Source of the DNA: an uncultured delta proteobacterium
GTDB taxonomy: Bacteria > Myxococcota_A > Polyangia > Polyangiales > Polyangiaceae
Assembly (NCBI GenBank): GCA_963806225.1
Contig: CAWDXG010000004.1
Span: 3,040,001 to 3,104,000, forward strand
Reading direction: 5' to 3'
Length of the DNA stretch: 64,000 nt
Part shown: one piece after another, positions 10,598-19,881 of the stretch
Position numbering within the stretch: position 1 is the stretch's first letter
Layout of the letters: every line of letters starts with the position of its first letter
The notes under the pieces: generated by a model
The model's database searches: none
What the model was told of the DNA's origin: nothing
What the model saw: only the letters and a program-made list of their open reading frames with translations
Made by a program: the position numbers and the translations under genes

Positions 10598-11452
10598 ATG
10601 GCCACTCCTACTCTGCAGAGCGTCCTGGGAGGACTTCGCGAGCTCGATGCGCTCCGCGTTGCAGGCAACGGCGCGGCAGAGGCCCGGCGCGACGTGGTAG
10701 CCGTGGAGGAGCCGCTCGGAGATCCGGCTGTGCGGGCGATGCACTGGCAACGACCATGCGCACGCCGGGTCAGGACCAGGAGCTCTGTGCCGGCTTCCTG
10801 TTCGCCGAGGGCCTGATCGCTTCCGCGGGACGACCTCGGGTCGATGGCGCATTGCGGCCGTCTGGGCGAGGAGGGCTACGGCAACGTCATCGACGTGCTG
10901 CCCGCACCCGGAACCGCGTTCGATCTCGAGCGGAGCAGAGCGAGCCGACGCGGGACACTGACCACGACGGCGTGCGGCGTATGCGGCCGCCGCAGCATCG
11001 ACGACCTGATCGCCCGCGTCGGGCGCATCGACGACGAAACCCGGTTGTCGCGCGAGGTGCTGCGCCGTCTCGGCGCGCGGCTCCGCGACCAACAGCCCGA
11101 ACTTCCGCAGAGCGGCGGGCTCCACGCAGCAGGGCTGGCAGACGCCGCGGGGCGCTACCACTGTCGTGCGCGAGGACATCGGACGCCACAACGCGGTGGA
11201 CAAGGTGCATCGGCAGGTGGCTCCTCGACGGCAGACTGCCGGCCGGCGGCACGCTCCTCGTCGTCAGCGGCCGCGCCAGCTTCGAGATCGTGCACAAGGC
11301 CCTGTGCGCCGGGCGTTCCGGCACTCGTGAGCGTGTCGGCTCCGAGCTCGCTGGCCGTACAGACCGCCGAGCGCGGCAACATGACGCTCATCGGCTTCGC
11401 CCGCGACGGCGGATTCAACGTCTATTCGGGCGGAGAGCGCATCGCGGACTAG
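10598..11452 (+). CDS. fdhD: Formate dehydrogenase accessory sulfurtransferase; frameshifted
   Basis: VAVEEPL, TMRTPG, GFLFAEG, ACGVCG, GGLHAA, EDIGRHNAVDK, SGRASFE, SAPSSLAV. Confidence 0.9.
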
Positions 11453-13011
11453 CGGCTTTTCGGCAGGCTGCCGGCGTCACGCCCGGTTGCGTGATCCAGC
11501 CGGGCCCGGGCGGTGCGCAGGTCGACCCGCGCGTTGATCATCTCGAGGCGGGCGCGCAAGAGGTCCGTCTCGGCGTCGAGCAGCTCCGTACTGGTGGCGC
11601 GCCCGTAGTGGAACAGCTCGTAGCGCACGCGATACGCTTCCTCGGCGGCGGCAAGGCTACGTTCGGTGGTCCGTGCTCCGGTCTGTGCGTCACGCGCGGC
11701 CTGGTAGGCCTGCATGACTTCACTGCGGAGCGCGTCCTTGAGCGCTTCCTTCTGCGCTTCGATGCGTGCGCGCTGGGCGTCGAGCGCTCGCTTGCCGGCG
11801 GTCGAGGTCCCGATGTCGTTCGGAGTCCACGTGAGCTGGATTCCCACGTCCCAGGATGCATGCCACTTCGCTTCCTGGGGGATGTAGCGCGGGTTCGGAT
11901 TCTGGTAGTAGGCGTCTCCGAACGCATCGAGGCGCGGATAGTTCCCGGCGGCGGCCACACGGCTCTGCTCCTTGAGAGACCAAGCGGTCTCGTCCAGCGC
12001 GCGGATCTCCAGGCGCTTGCGCAGCGCCTCGGCGTAGAGCGGAGCAAAGGCGCGCGGTGCAGGGCGGGCCTGGGCCATCAGATCCTCGCCGATGCGGTAG
12101 TGCTTCGACGAGGCGTCGTGCATCGCCGTCCGGACCTGGTCCTCGGCCATCGACGACATGTTCCGGGCACGGGCGAGCAGGAGCTCCGCGCGCGCCAGCT
12201 GCGACTCGGCGCTGAGCACGTCGGCTTTCGAGACACGCTCGGCGCCGAACGCGATGCGCGCTGCGCGGACGTGTGCCCGCGCCTGCTCGAGCGCCTGCGC
12301 CGCCACAGCCTGCTGCAGGCGGGCGCGCACCCAGGCGTAGTAGGTGAGCTTGCCCCCAAGCGCCGCCTCCAGCCGGGTTGCGCGTGCATTCAGCTCGGCA
12401 GCCCGCTTCGAATGAGACGCCGATGCGTAGCTCTGGCTCGTCCTGAGCAGGTAGTCCGAGAGCGGCACCGTCAGGTTCGCCTGCAGCGTGTACTGGTTGA
12501 GGATCACCGGAAAGGAGAACGCCGAGGCGGGGACGCCGAACAGCGGCGCACCGGGCGGCAGCGGCCCTTCGCCGGCCGTCGTGGCAACCAGATTCCCCTG
12601 GGCGGGCCCGAAGCTCGGCTGGGTGATCGGCGACAGCCGCACGTAGCGCGCCGTGAGTGTGAGGCGCGGGAAGAAACCGACCAGGGCCTTGTCCACGTCG
12701 GCTGCCGCGCCCTCGAGCTCCTTCTGTCTGGCTTTGACGTCGTAGCTCGTGGCAGCGGCACGGCGGCCGACCTCGTGCGACGTCAGACCGCCCGGGCGAG
12801 ACAACATCTTCCCCAGGCTGGCCTCCAGCGTGGTGCCCGGCGCCCGCGCCGCGTCGGACCTGTCCGGCGGCGCCTTGGCAGCTGGAGCGGGCGCCCCTTT
12901 CTTGCCGGGGGCAGGTGCGGGTGCAGCCGGCTGCGCGAACGCGAGCCCCGACCACATGGTCGCCAGCGCCAGCGCGCTGCTGATGGTCACGCCCAGTATC
13001 GGCCTATCCAT
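11449..13011 (-). CDS. TolC-family outer-membrane efflux protein
   Basis: Signal peptide; two OEP halves (FPRLTL, YPRLDA); G.ATSTELLDAE; last gene of the efflux operon. Confidence 0.88.
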   Translation of the reverse strand: MDRPILGVTISSALALATMWSGLAFAQPAAPAPAPGKKGAPAPAAKAPPDRSDAARAPGTTLEASLGKMLSRPGGLTSHEVGRRAAATSYDVKARQKELEGAAADVDKALVGFFPRLTLTARYVRLSPITQPSFGPAQGNLVATTAGEGPLPPGAPLFGVPASAFSFPVILNQYTLQANLTVPLSDYLLRTSQSYASASHSKRAAELNARATRLEAALGGKLTYYAWVRARLQQAVAAQALEQARAHVRAARIAFGAERVSKADVLSAESQLARAELLLARARNMSSMAEDQVRTAMHDASSKHYRIGEDLMAQARPAPRAFAPLYAEALRKRLEIRALDETAWSLKEQSRVAAAGNYPRLDAFGDAYYQNPNPRYIPQEAKWHASWDVGIQLTWTPNDIGTSTAGKRALDAQRARIEAQKEALKDALRSEVMQAYQAARDAQTGARTTERSLAAAEEAYRVRYELFHYGRATSTELLDAETDLLRARLEMINARVDLRTARARLDHATGRDAGSLPKSR

Positions 13012-13666
13012 GTTGTGCCTCCGTTCCTTCTTCGTCCTGTGCCGCCCCGCTCACGCGCCGGGACTGTGTGCCGATGCCGCAGAAGAGGACCTCGATCAGC
13101 GCGTTGGAGAGCGCCTCGCCCTCGGGGATCCCCTGGTAGGGAAGGTGCTTTCCCGCAATGCGCCGCATCATCTGCGGCGCCGTCCCCAACACCAGCGCCG
13201 CCATGAGCGCCAACGACGGATGCAGCGAAGCGTCGATGCTCCCGTCCGCGTAGCCGTCCGCCAGCGTGGCAAAGACGAGCGGCAGATGACCACGCTGGAA
13301 GCGCTCGACCAACCGCTCCAGGCGCGCCGATGAGACCAGCACCTCGCGCAGCACGAGTCGTACGACATCCAGTTCCTCGTCGCTGATCTGTCCCACGCGC
13401 ACGTACAGCCGGCGGAGCCGCTCGCGCGGCGGGAAGGCGGGATCGAGCGCCTCGGTCATGTCCCCGAGCAGCCTGGAGTAGATCTCCTCGACCACGGCCA
13501 GGAACAGATCGTCCTTGGTCTTGAAATAGTAGTAGACCATCCCGATGCTGGTGCGGGCGTCGCGCGCGATTCGCCGGAGCGAAGCTCCGTCGACGCCGTC
13601 CTTGAGGAAACGCGCGCGGGCGGCCTTGACGATACGCGGCTCGATGTTGCTTCTGGGTCGTGCCAT
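13004..13666 (-). CDS. TetR/AcrR-family regulator
   Basis: IVKAARARFLKDGVDGASLRRIARDARTSIGMVYYYFKTKDDL; start overlaps the upstream stop (TGATG). Confidence 0.9.
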   Translation of the reverse strand: MARPRSNIEPRIVKAARARFLKDGVDGASLRRIARDARTSIGMVYYYFKTKDDLFLAVVEEIYSRLLGDMTEALDPAFPPRERLRRLYVRVGQISDEELDVVRLVLREVLVSSARLERLVERFQRGHLPLVFATLADGYADGSIDASLHPSLALMAALVLGTAPQMMRRIAGKHLPYQGIPEGEALSNALIEVLFCGIGTQSRRVSGAAQDEEGTEAQHG

Positions 13667-14793
13667 CACGCAATCTTCTTGCTGAACCTCAGGGAAGCGA
13701 TCAGGATCAGGAACGCGAGGAGGCCCGCGAGCCAGATCAGCTCGTGAACGACGTCGGGGAATCCGCTGCCCTTGAGGGTGATACCCCGGACGATGCGCAG
13801 GAAATGGGTGAGAGGCAGGGCCTGGGAAAGCCATTGCGCGGGCCGCGGCATGGCCTCGAAGGGAAACATGAAGCCGCTCAAGAGGATGTTCGGCAGCAGG
13901 AAGAAGAACGACATCTGCATCGCCTGCTGCTGCGTCTTGGCCAGCGTCGAGAAGAACAGCCCAAGCGCCAGGTTCGCCGCGATGAACACGAACGCCAGGG
14001 CATAGAGCAAAAGCCCCGAGCCCACGAGCGGCACGTCGAACACGATGTGGCCGAACCCCAGGATCAGCGTCATCTGGACGTAGCCGATGATCACATAGGG
14101 CAGGATCTTCCCGACGATGAGCTCGACGTTCTTGACGGGCGAGACGATGAGCTGCTCGAGCGTGCCGCGCTCCCGCTCGCGCGCGATCGCCATCGCCGTC
14201 AACATCACCATCGTCATGGTGAGGATCACGCCCACCAGCCCGGGAACGATGAACACCGCGGTACGGAGATCGGGGTTGTACCAGGTGTTCGGCTCGAGCT
14301 CGATCGGTTGCTCGGCCGCGGCGGCGCCGCTCCGCTTCAGCCGCGTCACGAGCAGCCGGCTGGAGCGCGCCGCGACGAGGGAGGCGGCCGTGTTGGTCGC
14401 GCTGGCCACCGTCTGGGGGTCGGAGCCATCCACGATGAGCTGGACATGCGCCGTGCGCCCTCTCGTGAGGTCGGACCCATAGCGGGGCGGGATCACCAGC
14501 GCGACCTTCGCTTCGCCGGAGCGGATTGCGGTCTGTACCTCCCCGTAGCTCCGCACATATCCGACTACGTCGTAGAAGGTCGTCGCCTCCATGCTCCGCC
14601 ACAGGTCACGCGACTGTGCGCTCCGGTCCTGGTCGTAGACGACGGTGGGCATGTGCCGCACGTCCGTATTGATCGCATATCCGAAGAGCAGGAGCTGCAT
14701 CACCGGGATGAACGCCATCATCGCGAGCGTCAGGCGGTCGCGGCGGAGCTGCAGAAGCTCCTTCCACGCGATGACCCACATGCGCGAGCTCAT
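13666..14793 (-). CDS. ABC-2 transporter permease (YbhS/R-like)
   Basis: KELLQLRRD, YNPDL, ARERERGTLEQL, LLSGFMFP; multiple TM helices. Confidence 0.92.
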   Translation of the reverse strand: MSSRMWVIAWKELLQLRRDRLTLAMMAFIPVMQLLLFGYAINTDVRHMPTVVYDQDRSAQSRDLWRSMEATTFYDVVGYVRSYGEVQTAIRSGEAKVALVIPPRYGSDLTRGRTAHVQLIVDGSDPQTVASATNTAASLVAARSSRLLVTRLKRSGAAAAEQPIELEPNTWYNPDLRTAVFIVPGLVGVILTMTMVMLTAMAIARERERGTLEQLIVSPVKNVELIVGKILPYVIIGYVQMTLILGFGHIVFDVPLVGSGLLLYALAFVFIAANLALGLFFSTLAKTQQQAMQMSFFFLLPNILLSGFMFPFEAMPRPAQWLSQALPLTHFLRIVRGITLKGSGFPDVVHELIWLAGLLAFLILIASLRFSKKIA

Positions 14794-15762
14794 GCGACCT
14801 CCCGTAGCCGAGCTTCATCGGCGCGAACCATCGACACGAAAGCGTCCTCCACGGTGACCCGCGCGGGCCGCGACGAATGGATGGCGATACCGAGCGGTCC
14901 GAGCACCTGCGTCGCCAGGACCTCGGGGTCCGCACCGCCGCGCGTGGCCAGGCGGAGCACGGGACCGTAGTGCGCGACCTCGTCGACGGCCGGATTCTCA
15001 CGCAGGGCGTCGGCCGCTTCGGTAGCCCGTTCGACGTTCGAGCTCCGCAACGCGGAGCCCGCGCCGCTCGACGATCTGTTCTGGCGTACCCGTGTCCAGC
15101 AGCTCGCCGCGGAAAATGAACGCGAGCCGGTGGCAGCGCTCCGCCTCGTCCATGTAGTGCGTCGTCAGGAGCACGGTCGTGCCGCTTGCAGCGATGCGGT
15201 GGATCTGGTCCCAGAAGTCCCGCCGGCTCACGGGATCGACGCCCGCCGTGGGCTCGTCGAGGAACAGCAGCGGGGGCTCGTGGATGGTCGCGCTCGCCAG
15301 CGCCACGCGCTGCTTCCAGCCGCCCGACAGCGTACCGGCGAGCTGGTTCTTGCGATCGGTGAGGCCCGAGGTCTCGAGCACCTCCCTCACGCGCGCACGG
15401 CGGCGACCGAGCGGAACGCCGTAGATCCCCGCGTAGAAGCGTAGGTTCTCGATCACGCTCAGGTCCTCGTAGAGGCTGAAGCGCTGGGTCATGTAGCCGA
15501 TGCGCTCCTTGATCCGCTCGGCGTCCTTCGCGATGTCGTAGCCGACGACGGTGCCCTTTCCGCCGCTCGGGTCGAGGATGCCGCACAGCATGCGGATCGT
15601 CGTGGACTTGCCCGCTCCGTTGGGGCCAAGCACTCCGAAGATCTCGCCGCGTCGAACCGAGAGCGTCACGTCGCGCACCGCCTCGAGATGACCGAAGCGA
15701 CGCGACAGGTGTTCCGTCTCGATGATCGGGCCGGAGGGCGGCGGACCGCTCACTTCGCTCAT
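14790..15762 (-). CDS. ABC transporter ATP-binding protein (YbhF-like); frameshift near 15030
   Basis: GPNGAGKST, LSGGWKQR, LFLDEPT, TTHYMDEAE; C-terminus VTVEDAFVSMV in an adjacent frame. Confidence 0.92.
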
Positions 15763-16742
15763 TTGGCCGGCTGTCCCCGCGTGATGTCCACGAACGCGGG
15801 GACACCCGCATGCAAGCGCTGCTCCGGGTCGTCGATGCGCACGCGCACGCGCACGACCAGGTTCGGCCGTTCGCGTTCGCTGAACAGGAAGCGCGGCGTG
15901 AACTCTGTCCGGCGCGCGATGTCCTCGACGTGCCCGCCCAGCGCCCCGCTCAGCGAGTCGACGTGCACGGACGCCTTGTCACCAACGCGGAGCCCATCCA
16001 GCTTGCCCTGTGGCACGAACACGTCCGCATAGGGATGGTGCGTGTCGGCTACGGTCACCACCGGCGAACCTGGGGCGACCACCTCGCCCGGTTCGACGTG
16101 TACGTCGAGCACCGTTCCACCAGCCAACGCGTGCAGCTCGTAGCGGCGGATGCGGTCGTCTTCCAGAGAGACAGCCTTGTCGGCAGCGGTCGCCTTGGCC
16201 TCCGCACCCTGGATCTCCTGCTTGCGCGCGCCCTCGCGCAGCGCCTGCAGCCGGTGCTGGAGCGACTGCCGCTGCGCGGTCGCTTCGCTGAGTCGCGCTT
16301 CGATCTGGTCGAGCGCCGACTGCGTGGAAACGCCCTTCTTCAGCAGACCCCGCTCGCGCTTGGCGTTCTTGTCGAGTAGAGCCTCGCTGGCGCGTGCGGC
16401 CCGCACCTGTGCGGCTACGGAACGGATCTCCTCGGGGCGGCTGCCGGCCTTGAGCAGCGAGACCTGCGCCGATGCAGCGCTGGCTTCCGCCGCGCGCGAT
16501 TCGCGAGCCGTGCGCTCCAGCGAGTCGTCGAGCGTGGCGAGGCGTTCCTTCGCCTTGACGGTGTCGCCGCGGTCCACGGCGACCTGGAGCACCCGTCCGC
16601 CGACCTCGAAGCCCAGCACACGCTCGTCGAACTCCACGATCCCCTCGTAGGCGCCTGGGTACTTCTGCTTCGGCTGGCAGCCAGAAATCCCAATGAAAAC
16701 GGCTACCAAGGCCAGCCACGCCGGCAACCAGTTTTTTATCAT
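15759..16742 (-). CDS. HlyD-family membrane fusion lipoprotein (YbhG-like)
   Basis: Lipobox ISGC; GGRVLQVAVDRGD; coiled coil; TEFTP; LHAGVP. Confidence 0.88.
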   Translation of the reverse strand: MIKNWLPAWLALVAVFIGISGCQPKQKYPGAYEGIVEFDERVLGFEVGGRVLQVAVDRGDTVKAKERLATLDDSLERTARESRAAEASAASAQVSLLKAGSRPEEIRSVAAQVRAARASEALLDKNAKRERGLLKKGVSTQSALDQIEARLSEATAQRQSLQHRLQALREGARKQEIQGAEAKATAADKAVSLEDDRIRRYELHALAGGTVLDVHVEPGEVVAPGSPVVTVADTHHPYADVFVPQGKLDGLRVGDKASVHVDSLSGALGGHVEDIARRTEFTPRFLFSERERPNLVVRVRVRIDDPEQRLHAGVPAFVDITRGQPAK

Positions 16743-16905
16743 GCGACTGATAATAGGTTTGGCGGGCGGGCTTCGCAAGGGGCCGGGGGCGGAATTCCGG
16801 GCAACGGCTGACGGCGATCGGCTTCTCGAATCGAGCGAGCCGCGGTGTAAGCGCCGCGGCCCCCCGACGTTCAGCAGGTGTCGGTTCGATTCGGAGGTAT
16901 TCGCC

Positions 16906-17841
16906 ATGCAACGCCACAAGTTCATTCTGGTCGCTCTCGCTAGCCTGCTCGCCGCCGCGTGCGGCGGCTCGTCGTATCCTTCCGCCCACGCCCCGGTCAG
17001 CGAGGGCGCCCGGAACGCAAGCGCTTCGCCTGTCGCGGCGGAGAGCACGGCGCCCGGCGCGCCGATGGCTGCTGACCAGGACGCTGTGGCATCCGCACCC
17101 GCCGCTGCCGGCGGAGCATTCCGCAGCGCAGACACCGAGCGCGGGCGGATGAAGTCGCGGAGCGAGCCTAGCCCCGGCGAGCGTCCCGGCCTCGGCACCA
17201 CCTTCGGTGAGACGCGCGAGAGCCATGTGTCGACCTCGCCGTTCTTCCGCGAGGATCCGGACAGCCCGCTCGCGGTCGCCAGCCTGTTCTACAACGACGC
17301 GCAGGGCGCCCGGGCGATGGCGCGCCGGAGTGGGTTTGTCGAGCGCGGCAACGGCGCCGTCAGCGTTCTGAACGGCGCGCTCACCGTGCAGCTGCTCGAC
17401 GCGAGCGGCCGCCCGCTCCGCGGTCTGGAAGGCAGCGGGCGCACCTACGCGATCGGCGAAGCCGGCCAGCGCTACATCATCGAGATCCGGAACCATACGC
17501 GCAATCGCGTGGAAGCCGTCGCCACGGTGGACGGCCTGGACGTGATCGACGGCCGCGCGGGCTCCTTGTCGAAGCGCGGCTACATTGTCGCTCCTTTCGC
17601 TACGGTCGACATCGACGGCTTCCGCCGCAGCGAGGACACGGTCGCGGCATTCCGCTTCGGCTCGGTGCGCGGGTCGTATGCTGCGAAGAAGGGCAACGAC
17701 CGCAACGTGGGCGTGATTGGCGTCGCGTTCTTCGAGGAGCAGAACTCGCGCTTCCCGTGGACCGACGAGGAGATCGATCGCCGCCACAGCGCCGACCCCT
17801 TCCCCGGCCGCTTCGCCACGCCCCCGCCCGATCGTTTCTAG
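16906..17841 (+). CDS. Hypothetical lipoprotein with a conserved-looking beta-rich domain
   Basis: GGAGG then ATG; lipobox LAAAC; VDGLDVIDG...IDGFRRS...FRF...NVGVIGVAFFEE. Confidence 0.75.
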   Translation: MQRHKFILVALASLLAAACGGSSYPSAHAPVSEGARNASASPVAAESTAPGAPMAADQDAVASAPAAAGGAFRSADTERGRMKSRSEPSPGERPGLGTTFGETRESHVSTSPFFREDPDSPLAVASLFYNDAQGARAMARRSGFVERGNGAVSVLNGALTVQLLDASGRPLRGLEGSGRTYAIGEAGQRYIIEIRNHTRNRVEAVATVDGLDVIDGRAGSLSKRGYIVAPFATVDIDGFRRSEDTVAAFRFGSVRGSYAAKKGNDRNVGVIGVAFFEEQNSRFPWTDEEIDRRHSADPFPGRFATPPPDRF

Positions 17842-17859
17842 TCTGCCCCGAACCGGCAC

Positions 17860-17902
17860 CTGCCGGGCGGCTCCACGGAGAGCCGTCCGGCAGTTTTCTT
17901 TT
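17860..17902 (+). terminator. Intrinsic terminator
   Basis: 14-bp stem ctgccgggcggctc/gagccgtccggcag (one G-U) followed by TTTTCTTTT. Confidence 0.8.
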
Positions 17903-18101
17903 GTGCCTTCGCCGGCGCAAAGGCAGAGCAACCCCTATCCCCTACCCTCGTTTTACGATGTAACAAGTCGTGAATTGTTCATGCTGCTGTAACATTTTGA
18001 AATATAACTGCTTTGAAGATCTGAATTCTTGACTAAACACGTAGAGAATTGCCCCGGGCGCCGCACCCCGCGCGGGCCTGTGCTACGAGGCGCGAGCCGT
18101 C

Positions 18102-19820
18102 ATGCGATACAGCCGCGCTCTCCTACCCACGCTCAAGGAGGCGCCGTCCGATGCGACGAGCGCCAGCCACGTACTCCTGCTCCGTGCCGGCTACGTGCGC
18201 CGCGTCGGGGCCGGTATCTACAGCTATCTGCCGCTCGGGCTGCGCGTGCTCAAGCGCATCGAAAGCATCGTGCGCGAGGAGATGAATCGCGCCGGCGCCC
18301 AGGAAGTGCTGCTGCCCGCTCTGCTGCCGGCGGACTACTTCCGCGAGTCGGGGCGCTGGGACACCTTCGGCGACACGATGTTCAGGCTGAAGGACCGCAA
18401 GGGCGGCGACTACCATCTCGGTCCCACGCACGAGGAGATCATCACGGCGCTCGTCCGGCACGAGATCAAGAGCTATCGCGATCTGCCGAGGAACCTCTAC
18501 CAGATCCAGACCAAGTTCCGCGATGAACCCCGCCCGCGCGGCGGCCTCTTGCGCTGCCGCGAGTTCAGCATGAAGGACGCGTACTCCTTCGACGTGAACG
18601 ACGAGGCGGGCCTCGAAAGCTACGAGCAGATGCGGCTCGCCTACCGCCGCGTGTTCGACCGGCTCGGGCTGAACTACCGCATGGTCGCCGCCGACAGCGG
18701 CGCGATGGGCGGCAAGAGCAGCGCGGAGTTCCAGGTGCTCGTCCAGAGCGGCGAGGACGTCATCGCCGCGTGCCTGCAGTGCGAATACGCGGCCAACCTC
18801 GAAGTCGCCACCACGCCGCCCATGCCGAAACGCGGTGACCCCTCCACGACGCCCCCGCTGGAGAAGGTCGAGACGCCGGCACAGAAGACCATCGACGAGG
18901 TGTCGGCGTTTCTGGGCGCGTCGCCGGATCGATTCCTGAAGAGCCTTCTGTACCTGGCCGGCGAGGACGTGGTGATGGCCATCGTGCGCGGCGATCACGA
19001 GGTCAACGAGATCAAGCTGGCCCGCGCGCTGGGTGTGGACGAAGTGCACCTCGCGGGGCCCGCCGATGTCGAGAAGGCCACCGGAGCCGCCGTTGGCTTC
19101 GCCGGTCCGGTCGGATTCAAGGGGCGCCTGCTCGTGGACCGTGACGCAGCCAGTATCGCCGACGCCATCTCCGGCGCGAACGAGACGGACGCCCACTTGA
19201 AGCACGTGGTCCGGGGCCGTGACTACGAAGGCGAGGTCCACGAAATCCGCAGCGTCATGGATGGCGATCTGTGTCCCTCGTGCGGGGCCTCGCTGGGCCT
19301 GTACCGCGGCATCGAGGCCGGCCATATCTTCCTGCTCGGCACCCGCTACAGCGCGCAGATGAACGCCAACTACCTGGACGAGGCCGGCGAAAGCCATCCG
19401 CTCGTCATGGGCTGCTACGGCATCGGCGTTTCCAGGCTGGTCGCCACCACCGTCGAGCAGTACAACGACAAGGACGGCATCCTGTGGCCGATGAGCATCG
19501 CGCCCTATCACGTGCACATCGCCCAGCTGGGCACCGACGCGGACGTGGTCGCGGCGGTGGAGAAGCTCGAAGCCGAGCTCGAGGCGCGGGGTCTGGACGT
19601 GCTGGTCGACGATCGCGATGAGCGTCCCGGCGTCAAGTTCAAGGACGCGGACCTGATCGGCATCCCGCTCAGGGTCACGGTCGGAGCCAAGGCTCTCAAA
19701 GCGGGCGGCGTGGAGCTGAAGCCGCGGCGGGAGCGCGACCAGAAAAAGGCGGAGCTCCTGCCGCTCGAGAGCGCGGCCGACACGATCCAGGCGCACGTCC
19801 GGCAGATGCTCGAGGCCTGA
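18102..19820 (+). CDS. proS: Proline--tRNA ligase, bacterial type with INS editing domain
   Basis: GIYSYLPLG, LGPTHEE, KFRDEPRPRGGLLR, MKDAYSF, GHIF.LG, MGCYGIG, DADLIGIP. Confidence 0.97.
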   Translation: MRYSRALLPTLKEAPSDATSASHVLLLRAGYVRRVGAGIYSYLPLGLRVLKRIESIVREEMNRAGAQEVLLPALLPADYFRESGRWDTFGDTMFRLKDRKGGDYHLGPTHEEIITALVRHEIKSYRDLPRNLYQIQTKFRDEPRPRGGLLRCREFSMKDAYSFDVNDEAGLESYEQMRLAYRRVFDRLGLNYRMVAADSGAMGGKSSAEFQVLVQSGEDVIAACLQCEYAANLEVATTPPMPKRGDPSTTPPLEKVETPAQKTIDEVSAFLGASPDRFLKSLLYLAGEDVVMAIVRGDHEVNEIKLARALGVDEVHLAGPADVEKATGAAVGFAGPVGFKGRLLVDRDAASIADAISGANETDAHLKHVVRGRDYEGEVHEIRSVMDGDLCPSCGASLGLYRGIEAGHIFLLGTRYSAQMNANYLDEAGESHPLVMGCYGIGVSRLVATTVEQYNDKDGILWPMSIAPYHVHIAQLGTDADVVAAVEKLEAELEARGLDVLVDDRDERPGVKFKDADLIGIPLRVTVGAKALKAGGVELKPRRERDQKKAELLPLESAADTIQAHVRQMLEA

Positions 19821-19881
19821 GCGCTCGGCGCCGGCTGGCGCTCCCGCCGTTTTCTCGATAGAGCTTCGGCGGAGGACGACA

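Noticed and set aside
4445..11452. Programmed ribosomal frameshifting
   Set aside because: No slippery heptamers at the shift sites, several shifts per gene, and the genes are unrelated housekeeping genes.
10598..11452. Formate dehydrogenase or selenocysteine locus
   Set aside because: Only fdhD is present; no catalytic subunit, sel genes or SECIS-like context in the window.
10756..13206. Long Arg/Ala/Gly-rich ORFs such as 10756-13206, 15979-17931, 22071-24812 and the N-terminal 460 aa of 42253-46290
   Set aside because: Shadow or antisense frames typical of high-GC DNA, overlapping well-supported genes.
17945..18101. oriC, dif site or T-box leader upstream of proS
   Set aside because: No DnaA boxes, no XerD arm (TTATGTTAAAT), and no T-box GGTGGNACC or antiterminator seen.
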